DNA from: an uncultured archaeon
GTDB taxonomy: Archaea; Thermoproteota; Nitrososphaeria_A; Caldarchaeales; Wolframiiraptoraceae
Reading direction: 5' to 3'
NCBI GenBank assembly: GCA_937974645.1
Contig: CALJVH010000010.1
Span: forward strand, 1,771 to 65,770
DNA length: 64,000 nucleotides
Shown: piece after piece, positions 56,381-64,000 of the stretch
Numbering within the stretch: position 1 is the stretch's first letter
Layout: every line of letters starts with the position of its first letter
Made by a program: the position numbers and the translations under genes
The notes under the pieces: model-generated
Told to the model about the DNA's origin: nothing
Database searches by the model: none
Seen by the model: only the letters and a program-made list of their open reading frames with translations

Positions 56381-57757
56381 TTATGGTAGAACCTTATCTG
56401 GGTTGAGTATCCCGTTTGGATCAAAGATCCTCTTAATCTCCCTCATGAGCTCAAGAAGCCTTCCTCCGGCAAAGCTCTCCAAATACTTTTTCCTGACATA
56501 ACCAATGCCATGCTCGCCCGTTATCGTTCCACCCATACCGATCGCGATATCATAGATCGTTCTCCTAACAATCTCGTAATCCTCTTCACTCCAACAATTC
56601 CACCTCATTAAGTGTATATGCAGGTTTCCATCCCCCGCATGGCCGTACACTGGGATGTAGACGCCATATTTTGCCTCAATCTCGTTTATAGCGCGTATCA
56701 GGTCTATCAGCTTGCTCGGCGGAACTGTCACGTCAAGTATGTCAACCATGTCTGGCTTAAGGGTCGTGTAGATCTCGCTCCTGATCTTTAAAACCTCCTC
56801 TTGCTCTCTTCTCGCCTCAGCAGCCACGGAGCCCAGCGCTCCAAGCGATTCGCATATATTCAGTAGCCTCTCCGATGTACTTAGCAACGCTTCCTCCGAC
56901 GGTTCTGAGAGTATTATCATGAGCTGATACTCTCCTGAGTTGCAGGGCCACCGAAGACCAATCTCTCTTGCGACGCGCTCGACCAACCTCTTCTCAACAT
57001 ACTCCACCGCCAGCGGGATAATCCCTTCCTGAAAAATCTTGGGAACAGCCTTGAGAGCCTTTTCACGATTATCGAATGGAACGATTATCGTCATTGCTGC
57101 GGCATCTATCGGCTGGAGCCTGATCCAAGCCTTAGTAATTATTCCCAGCGTCCCTTCGCTCCCAATTATCAGCTGCATCAGGTCATATCCGGCATTATTC
57201 TTCAATATTTTTCCACCAAGCTTTGCTATCTCCCCTGTTGGCAGGACGACTTCTATTCCCTTGACGCAGTTTCTCATTATGCCGGTCTTTATAGCCCTAG
57301 CTCCGCCAGCATTGCATGCGATGAGCCCTCCGATCTGAGCGCCCTCATCGCCGGGATGCGGTTGGAATGAGAGGCCAGCCTTTTCAGCGGCATTCATTAG
57401 ATCTCTTAGGGTTGCTCCAGCTTCAGCTTCTGCAATCAGGTTTTCGACGTCAACCGTTACCCGATTCATGCGCTCTAGCGATAAGATTATTCCGCTTATA
57501 GTGGGTATGCATGCTCCAGCAAGCCCTGTTCCACCGCCTCTCGGGAAGACGGGTATCCTATACTTGTTTGCCAGAACAAGTATTCTCGAGACTTCTTCCG
57601 TGCTTCCCGGCTTAACAACCACCACATCATCACTTGCCCTCGGCCTAATGGGCACCGGCGTCTCATCGTAGAGATAGGGCTTGATCGCATCCTCAGAGGT
57701 TATGACCCAATCCATTCCAACTATTGATCTAAGCTCTCCTAGAACTTCTTCCCTCAC
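56381..57757 (-). CDS. FAD-linked oxidase, GlcD/D-lactate dehydrogenase-like
   Basis: PCMH-type FAD-binding domain (VVVKPGSTEEVSRILVLANKYRIPVFPRGGGTGLAG). C-terminal GGTITGEHGIG. Confidence 0.8.
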   Translation of the reverse strand: MREEVLGELRSIVGMDWVITSEDAIKPYLYDETPVPIRPRASDDVVVVKPGSTEEVSRILVLANKYRIPVFPRGGGTGLAGACIPTISGIILSLERMNRVTVDVENLIAEAEAGATLRDLMNAAEKAGLSFQPHPGDEGAQIGGLIACNAGGARAIKTGIMRNCVKGIEVVLPTGEIAKLGGKILKNNAGYDLMQLIIGSEGTLGIITKAWIRLQPIDAAAMTIIVPFDNREKALKAVPKIFQEGIIPLAVEYVEKRLVERVAREIGLRWPCNSGEYQLMIILSEPSEEALLSTSERLLNICESLGALGSVAAEARREQEEVLKIRSEIYTTLKPDMVDILDVTVPPSKLIDLIRAINEIEAKYGVYIPVYGHAGDGNLHIHLMRWNCWSEEDYEIVRRTIYDIAIGMGGTITGEHGIGYVRKKYLESFAGGRLLELMREIKRIFDPNGILNPDKVLP

Positions 57758-58730
57758 GGCTCATCGCCTCCGTTAAAGAGTGGATTAGCTTTGGTATGGC
57801 ATCATAAAGGTCTGCAACCACCCCGTAATCTGCATATCTGAATATTGGTGCTGAGGGGTCATTATTTATGGCTATGATCATATTTGAGTCCCTCATCCCG
57901 GCTAAATGCTGGGGTGAGCCGGAGATCCCGCAGGCAATATAAAGCTTTGGCTTGACTACGTTTCCGCTGAACCCAACTTGATGATCCTTTGAGATCCAGC
58001 CTTCCTCTACAAGCGGCCTGCTAACCCCAATAACTCCGCAGAGCAGGCCCGCCAGCTCCTCCAGGAGCCTTAGATCCTCTTTTCTCTTCAACCCCCTCCC
58101 ACCAGCGACTATAACCTCCGCATCCGCGAGACTCACCCTCTTTTCAGAGATCTTGCCCAGACACCTCACCCATTCCTCATCTATTCCCTCAGGCTTCCGG
58201 GCTATTATCTCACCCCTCCTATCTGGATCTCGAGGAGGCTTCTTCATCACCCTATATCTTATGGTCGCCATGATAGGCTTGCTGGTGGTCTCTATGTATG
58301 CGAGAATATTTCCTGTAAACGCTGGCCTTACCTGGATTAACCTGCCATCCTCGCTGATCTGGAGGTCTATGCAGTCAGCTGTTAGGCCTGTGTCCAGAGC
58401 CGCGGCGATCCTGGGGGCTAGGCTCCGGCCCCACGGGGTTGCACCGAGCAAAAAGATCTCAGGCTTAATTTCTCTCGCCAACCTTACGAGCACATTCTTA
58501 TAGGAGATGACATTTAAGTCGCGGAGCCGCTCATCATCATAGACGTAGACTTTATCTGCGCCATGATAGATTAACTCTGGAGCCTCGTCTGAAATGTTGT
58601 AGCCGAGAACGGCGCTTGAGACTTTTAGGCCGAGCCTTTCCGCCAACTCCCCAGCCTTGCCAAGAAGTTCGAAAGTTACTGGATGAATCGCTGACCCGGC
58701 AGTCTCGGCATAAACCAGGATATCGCTCAT
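57729..58730 (-). CDS. etfA: Electron transfer flavoprotein alpha subunit
   Basis: EtfA pattern including VAGGRGL and the C-terminal SGSPQHLAGM FAD motif. Confidence 0.85.
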   Translation of the reverse strand: MSDILVYAETAGSAIHPVTFELLGKAGELAERLGLKVSSAVLGYNISDEAPELIYHGADKVYVYDDERLRDLNVISYKNVLVRLAREIKPEIFLLGATPWGRSLAPRIAAALDTGLTADCIDLQISEDGRLIQVRPAFTGNILAYIETTSKPIMATIRYRVMKKPPRDPDRRGEIIARKPEGIDEEWVRCLGKISEKRVSLADAEVIVAGGRGLKRKEDLRLLEELAGLLCGVIGVSRPLVEEGWISKDHQVGFSGNVVKPKLYIACGISGSPQHLAGMRDSNMIIAINNDPSAPIFRYADYGVVADLYDAIPKLIHSLTEAMSREGRSSRRA

Positions 58731-59527
58731 CTTCTAAGCACCTCTCTTAAGATAACTTCGCTGATCTTTTTAACGGCATCATCGCCCCTTAAAATTATCC
58801 CTTTCCTATGCTCCACACCCGGTATTATGACCTTGGTAACTCTGGTCTTGGATCCCTGAAATCCAAGCTGATCAATTGAAGCGTACTCCAATAGATTATC
58901 GGCTGTCCAGATCTCTATCTCAGCGCGCTTAGCCCTGAGGAGGCCCTTCAGCGTTGGAAGCCTCGGCGAATTCAGCTCTCTGGTAACAGTTAATAGTGCT
59001 GGAAGCTTTAGCTCGTAGAGGTATTTGTCCCCCATATCCGACACGACTTTAATGCTCTCACGCGTAACCTCCCTGATCTCGCAGACATATGCTGCGTGGG
59101 GTATTTCAAGGAGCTCTGCTACTTCAGGGCCAACCTGTCCCGTATCACCGTCAACGGTCTTCTCGCCGCAGAGTATTAGATCAAATCTCCCAAGCTTTTT
59201 GATTGTTGCCGCGAGAGCCTTCGCCGTGGCTATCGTATCTGCTCCGGCTAGCCTCGGGTCCGTTAATAGTATTGCTCTATCGGCACCTCTGGCCAAAGCG
59301 TCTTTAAGCGAGGATTCTGCTTGCCTCGGCCCCATGCTGATAATGGTTATTGAGCCTCCAAATCTTTCCTTAATCTGTAAGCCAGCCTCTAAAGCATGAA
59401 GGTCAAAGGGGTTAGTCTCTCCGGGTGCTGAGCTTCTATCGACCCTCCCGGTATCGACGTCGAACCTAACTTTCTCGATATCTGGAACCTGCTTGATCAA
59501 GACAATAATCCTGAACTCTTGGCCCAT
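58727..59527 (-). CDS. etfB: Electron transfer flavoprotein beta subunit
   Basis: IIVLIKQVPD, NPFDLHALEAGL and VDGDTGQVGPEVAELL. The ATG at 59527 is preferred. Confidence 0.85.
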   Translation of the reverse strand: MGQEFRIIVLIKQVPDIEKVRFDVDTGRVDRSSAPGETNPFDLHALEAGLQIKERFGGSITIISMGPRQAESSLKDALARGADRAILLTDPRLAGADTIATAKALAATIKKLGRFDLILCGEKTVDGDTGQVGPEVAELLEIPHAAYVCEIREVTRESIKVVSDMGDKYLYELKLPALLTVTRELNSPRLPTLKGLLRAKRAEIEIWTADNLLEYASIDQLGFQGSKTRVTKVIIPGVEHRKGIILRGDDAVKKISEVILREVLRR

Positions 59528-59924
59528 GGTAGAAGTCACCGTATCTTTACGAAATTGAAGTTGCTTTTCAATCACCAAATGTACTCTGCTGGTATATTAG
59601 AATTACCCAGCCCAAGCGCGTAATCTCCCATGTCAGTAAAGCTGGAGCTCATCATGAATCGGAATAAAATTTGATTTAGAGCCAAAGAAGAGTGCCGATC
59701 AACTTAATTATCGTGACCGCGTTTCTCATTGCATTTCCAAGCAGATTAAAAATGCTCCACCATGAAAATCTCCAAAGCCGGTGGATCGGTGAGAGAAAGT
59801 TTATCTAGAGTACGGCTCATATTTTTCCTAAAGTTTCTAAAAATGGTATAGTTTAGCATTATCTGAAGAGGGTTGCCAATAGTTTTAAATCCACCTTAAC
59901 TATTATCTTAGCTTAGCTTTAGGG

Positions 59925-61151
59925 GTGACAATTTTGTCAAGAGAGAGACTTGCCAGGCAAGCATTGGAGTTTGGGGATGGTATTTTATGGCTTGCACCGA
60001 CCTGGGTTCCGCGACCACCGAGCATAGGAGAGCCGGGTGGAAGACTTAAACTGGATAAACGTGATCTATACATCCTTGGAGCTGAGAGAGGAGGTATTTG
60101 TGAGAGATGGATTGCTTCCACAGTTAGAGCTGATAATCCAGGCGCGCCTGAGGATGAGGGCCTCAGTTATGTTGTCTTCAAATCCAATTCAGAGGTCAAG
60201 AAGGTTTTACTCAGGGAAATGATAGAGGTCATGGGAGATGAAGTTCTGGGCAAAGATGTCATGAGAAAATATAATGGACTAAAAACCTATGCAAAGTTTT
60301 TTGACTATGCTGGCCCACTACCCTTCCATCTACATCAAAAAGACGAACATGTAATAAAGTATGGAAAGGAAGGAAAACCTGAGGCCTACTACTTCCCGCC
60401 CCAACTAAACTTTGATGAAGGAAAGTTTCCATATACTTTCTTTGGTCTACATCCATCTACAACAAAGCAAGAGATTATTGAGTGTCTGAAGAAATGGAAT
60501 GAGGGGGATAATGGGATCCTCGACCTATCAAGAGCATATAGAATAAGGCCTGGGACAAGCTGGCTGGTCCAAGCAGGAATACTTCACGCCCCAGGATCAC
60601 TCTTAACCTATGAACCCCAGAAATCCTCCGACGTCTTCGTGATGTACCAGTCCATGGTAAATGGCAGAACCATACCATGGGATTTGGCGACAAAAGACGT
60701 CCCTGAAGAGCATAAAAACGACCTTGAATACATAGTTAACCTCATAGACTGGGAGCTGAACACAGATCCAGACTTCAAGAAAAACCACTTCATAAAACAT
60801 GTTCCTGTGAGGGGGCCGGAGGAGATGAAGGAAGATGGATATTACGAGAAATGGATTGTATATGGAGCTGAAGACTTCAGCGCAAAAGAGCTAACAATAT
60901 ACCCAAAGAAATCCGTCATGATAAGGGATTCGGAAGCCTATGGGATGATAGTTGTCCAAGGAAGAGGTAAACTTGGGAGATTTGAAATCGAGTCGCCAAC
61001 CATAATTAGATTCGGGGAGCTAACACATGATGAATTCTTCATAACGAGAGAGGCCGCTAGAGAAGGGATCAAGATAGAGAACACAGGAAACGAGAATCTG
61101 GTAATTCTAAAAAACTTTGGGCCAGGGAATCAAGAGGCACCAAAATTCTAA
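59925..61151 (+). CDS. Cupin-fold protein resembling type I phosphomannose isomerase
   Basis: YAKFFDYAGPLPFHLHQ and VQAGILHAPGSLLTYEPQKSSDVFVMYQS resemble the PMI motifs (KxLD..LSxQVHP; aGxxHA...EiQqxSD). GTG start. Confidence 0.4.
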   Translation: MTILSRERLARQALEFGDGILWLAPTWVPRPPSIGEPGGRLKLDKRDLYILGAERGGICERWIASTVRADNPGAPEDEGLSYVVFKSNSEVKKVLLREMIEVMGDEVLGKDVMRKYNGLKTYAKFFDYAGPLPFHLHQKDEHVIKYGKEGKPEAYYFPPQLNFDEGKFPYTFFGLHPSTTKQEIIECLKKWNEGDNGILDLSRAYRIRPGTSWLVQAGILHAPGSLLTYEPQKSSDVFVMYQSMVNGRTIPWDLATKDVPEEHKNDLEYIVNLIDWELNTDPDFKKNHFIKHVPVRGPEEMKEDGYYEKWIVYGAEDFSAKELTIYPKKSVMIRDSEAYGMIVVQGRGKLGRFEIESPTIIRFGELTHDEFFITREAAREGIKIENTGNENLVILKNFGPGNQEAPKF

Positions 61152-61387
61152 AAGCTTCGCCCCGGCATTGGGGGTTCTTCACCTCCAAAAATTTTTAGGG
61201 CGTTCGGCGCGGTTATTAGCCTCGTCGAATAGGCGCTTATATGGGTTCGTATCTACCGCATAAAAAGCTAACCATCCCACAATGATAAGATTAATCAGGA
61301 CGGATATCTTTTATATAGATGGACGCATGATTAAGAAGAGATATATTGGCTTGATAAGAGATCATAGAACCAGGGTAGGTAGAATTA

Positions 61388-61840
61388 TTGGTGAGCGAGT
61401 TGGAGAGGGAAGACATGGTCGTGAGGGTGAAGTTAAGGGTTAAAACTGGAGAAAAGATCCTCGAAACTATCGCTTTGACAAATAGTGGATATGAAGCCGA
61501 AACCCCACAAATCCTAGCTCCCATAGATTTTGCGAGAGAACTAGGTTACTGGCCCCCGAGACCGGAGATCGAAACCGAGTTCGAGACTGCTGGAGGCCCC
61601 CTGAAGGTTTGGGTAGTGCCTAGGGGATGTGATGTCCAAGTAATAGCTGAAGATGCTGAATCACCCATAGTTGAGGCAGACTTAGTGATATCACCATTAG
61701 CGGATGAAGTTCTCTTAAGCGATAAGCTTATTGGAAAACTTCAAATCTCACTGGAAGATGTTGGAGAGGGCTTGTGGAGGTTCAGGTGGGAGCCGAAAGA
61801 AAAACTTAGGAGAACCTTGCCGCCAAAATACTGGAAATAA
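61388..61840 (+). CDS. Hypothetical protein with retropepsin-like pattern but Asn at the catalytic Asp position
   Basis: IALTNSGYEAETPQILAPIDFARELG parallels aLvDTGA....lP...A..LGL. VLLSDKLIGKLQISLE parallels the C-terminal LLG..L..L pattern. Confidence 0.3.
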   Translation: MVSELEREDMVVRVKLRVKTGEKILETIALTNSGYEAETPQILAPIDFARELGYWPPRPEIETEFETAGGPLKVWVVPRGCDVQVIAEDAESPIVEADLVISPLADEVLLSDKLIGKLQISLEDVGEGLWRFRWEPKEKLRRTLPPKYWK

Positions 61841-62009
61841 ACGAAGACTGCGCGCCCTCAAAATTTCTTCAAAATGTATCCCAACACCGTAAAACAGTCC
61901 ATTCTCAGGCTGAGAAGGCTTCAAATAATAAATCAAATAGAGTATAAGGATGGCTTACCTGTAATAAAGTATTTACCGTGAATGATGTAGGCTACCAACC
62001 TGTAATCTT

Positions 62010-62706
62010 AAGGCTGCGCTTAAGGAGGCCAAAGCTTTAGAGGACGGGGGAGTTGATGGAATCATGATATCAAATGAGGGCGATATACAATATCTTTTCA
62101 GGGTAGGTCCGGAGACTGTCGCATCCATGACCTACATCACCTCAGTAGTCAAGAAGGAAGTTGGTATCTCCGTTGGGGTAGACGTTCTTTGGGGGTGATG
62201 CGCGAGCTACGTTAGCGATAGCAAAGGCTATAGGGGCAAAGTCCGTTCGAACACTAATTTCTGGGGTTCATGCAAGAGACTTAGGCCTTATAAATACTGA
62301 GGGGGCAAAGGTGATGAGATATAAGAAATTCACCGGGGCTGATGATGTAAGAATATTCATATACATTAATCCTGAATTCGCATCACCTCTCTCATTACGG
62401 CCGCTTAGCATAATTGCGAAGACTTTGAGATAGCTGAGGATGGCCGATGCTTACTGCGTCTCCGGCCCAATGCCTGGCATGCCGCCGGACATAGAGGAGA
62501 TAAAGAGAATAAGGGAGGAGGTACCAGATATGCCAATTATTGCAAATACAGGCATGAAGAGGGATAATATTGCGAAGTACTTAGAGTACGTGGATGGTGC
62601 TATAGTTGGAACAGCATTCAAGATTGATGAAATTACATTAAACCCCGTTGATAAAGAGAGAGTAAGAGAGTTTATGAAAGTAGTTAAATCGATTAGAAAG
62701 AGTTAA
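62010..62706 (+). pseudogene. BtpA/SgcQ-family gene remnant
   Basis: ALEDGGVDGIMISNEGD...GPETVASMT...GVDVLWG, then TGA after a G5 run (62191-62195). The family sequence continues as GDARATLAIAKAIGAKSVR in the next frame. There is an in-frame TAG at 62431. The N-terminal 30-40 aa of the family are missing. Confidence 0.65.
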
Positions 62707-62973
62707 ATATGCAAAAAGTTATTATCAGAGGATTAAATCCCTTATTTTTCACCTATCATTTCAACCTGGTTCAGACTCTTCCTTAGGAGTTATAATTCCA
62801 TGCTTTGCCAATCTGAATAAAAACCATCACAAGCCTTGATGCCTCATGCATAACTCCATTCTCGCTTGAAGATCACATACTTATGCACGGCTAGGCCTTA
62901 GAAATAGAGTTATTTGTCACAAATATAAAAATTTAAGGATTAATTGAACTTATCAAATCTACAAAATTAATTA

Positions 62974-63060
62974 TGCCCCGGGTGGGACTCGAACCCACGC
63001 GTCCCGGTTTCTATCCGACTCGGTCTTCAGCCGGGCGCTCTCCCACTGAGCTACCGGGGC
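62974..63060 (-). tRNA. tRNA-Phe (GAA) with a 16-nt intron after position 37
   Basis: Hand-folded. Acceptor GCCCCGG/CCGGGGC, D arm GCUC-AGUGGGA-GAGC, anticodon stem CCCGG/CCGGG with loop CUGAAGA, T arm GUGGG-UUCGAGU-CCCAC, discriminator A. Intron at about 63009-63024. No encoded CCA. Confidence 0.85.
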
Positions 63061-63206
63061 CGTCTTTAAATAACTTCTTCCGGCTTCTTAAAAATCTTCT
63101 TCAGCGAATTTTACCCTCATAACCCATACTCGAATATTTCCAGGAAATATATTCTTCGCCCCCCTTGCTCGGGAATGGTTAAATGAAGCCTTGATGATTA
63201 TTCAAT

Positions 63207-64000
63207 ATGCCCTTAGTGAATAGAAGTTTTGCGGTGAGGGAAGTAGGTCTTCTCGCCATACTACTTTCGTTCTGCATAATTCTCGCGGGGTTATCTTTAG
63301 TATCCGTTGAAGGCCAAGAGGTTCACAAAAAGCTCATTGTCCGAGCAGTTTTCCAGACGCCTGTGAGCGAGCCATGGGATGGAGCGATACATCAGGCGAT
63401 CCTCTCGGTTGCTGAGGAGTATAGGATGAAGGGCATCGAGGTTGATTACCAGTTCGTGGATAGGAAGCAGGATCCGAAGGAGTTCGAGCTAGCGTTGAGA
63501 GATGCGGCTAAAGTCGCTGACATAGTCTTTCTCGATGCATTCTTGAAGGAAGATATCGCGAGAAGGGTTGCAAAGGATTTTCCGAATGTGGCGTTCGCGG
63601 CTGGCAGCGAGTATTCTCCGACCCCGCCGAACTTCGCGGTCTTCGATAACTGGCTTCATCAGCCGGCATTCCTTGCCGGGATAATCGCCGGAAAGATTAC
63701 GAAGACGAATATGATAGGCATCGTGGCGGCGATGCCGATAAACGAGGTCAATAGAATTGTTAACGCATTCATCCACGGCGCTAAGGTCGCTAACCCGGGT
63801 GTCGAGGCGAAGGTGGTTTACCTGCTCGGCAACATACCGCCCGGCGAGTCGCCGTGGTATCATCCAGCGACGGCGAAGAGGCTGGCGAAGACCCTGATAG
63901 ACAGCGGCGTGGACGTGATCTTCGCGGAGAGGGTTGGCGCCGAGGAGGCGGCAAGAGAGGCTTATGCCGAGGGAGAGGAGGTGTGGGTGGTAGGTAACAT
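63207..64000 (+). CDS. BMP-family (PnrA/Med-like) ABC transporter substrate-binding protein, 5' part, running out of the window
   Basis: MPLVNRSF... signal/anchor helix, then LIVRAVFQTPVSEPWDGAIHQA..., FDNWLHQPAFLAGIIAGKITKTNMIGIVAAMPINEVNRIVNAFIHGAK. Absent from the ORF track because no stop lies within the window. Confidence 0.7.
   Translation, partial: MPLVNRSFAVREVGLLAILLSFCIILAGLSLVSVEGQEVHKKLIVRAVFQTPVSEPWDGAIHQAILSVAEEYRMKGIEVDYQFVDRKQDPKEFELALRDAAKVADIVFLDAFLKEDIARRVAKDFPNVAFAAGSEYSPTPPNFAVFDNWLHQPAFLAGIIAGKITKTNMIGIVAAMPINEVNRIVNAFIHGAKVANPGVEAKVVYLLGNIPPGESPWYHPATAKRLAKTLIDSGVDVIFAERVGAEEAAREAYAEGEEVWVVGN

Noticed and set aside
62431-62433. In-frame TAG in the BtpA-like gene considered as possible recoding (pyrrolysine-type)
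   Set aside because: The same gene also has a frameshift and lacks its N-terminus. Nothing in the window suggests Pyl machinery. Decay is the simpler explanation.
63489-63863. 124-codon minus-strand ORF near the window end
   Set aside because: It lies antisense to a plus-strand frame that reads as a clear BMP-family binding protein. That frame is open to the window end, which is why it is missing from the ORF track.
1-64000. CRISPR arrays, rRNA genes, IS elements and integrases
   Set aside because: Reading both strands, I found no regularly spaced direct repeats, no rRNA-like conserved blocks and no transposase or integrase motifs. The only notable repeat is the 16-bp inverted repeat at 19949-20012.

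Overview
The window is archaeal. It encodes fibrillarin, eS25, RNase P protein Rpp29, an intron-containing tRNA and TATA-like promoters. Coding is dense, with many 4-8 nt gene overlaps. The content points to an anaerobic, probably thermophilic, H2-metabolising organism. The lineage cannot be fixed without a database search; it is vaguely Korarchaeota/Thermoproteota-like. The main block (15.1-37.3 kb) is a hydrogenase supercluster. It holds a four-subunit cytoplasmic group 3b-type [NiFe] sulfhydrogenase with its protease, nikR, hypC, a 12-gene membrane-bound [NiFe] hydrogenase with its own protease, and hypD-hypE-hypF. The membrane-bound operon follows complex I order: NuoA-B-C-D-H-I-J(split)-K plus three antiporter-like subunits. 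Its NuoD-position subunit keeps all four Ni-Fe cysteine ligands. This hydrogenase with a complete complex I-type membrane arm is the most interesting system here. Elsewhere the window contains a ModE-like regulator with tupABC and a distant tungsten-type AOR, a Zn/Mn-type ABC importer, and a HEPN-MNT pair. It also contains glmS, flpA, a GltD-like oxidoreductase, a PiT/DUF47 phosphate pair and an EtfB-EtfA-GlcD-like (lctBCD-like) cluster. The ribosomal cluster uL22-uS3-uL29 / Rpp29-uS17-uL14 is interrupted by a 4-kb oxygen-detoxification island. The last 4.5 kb is an AT-rich, gene-decaying stretch next to an intron-containing tRNA-Phe. No CRISPR array, rRNA or recognisable transposase was seen.
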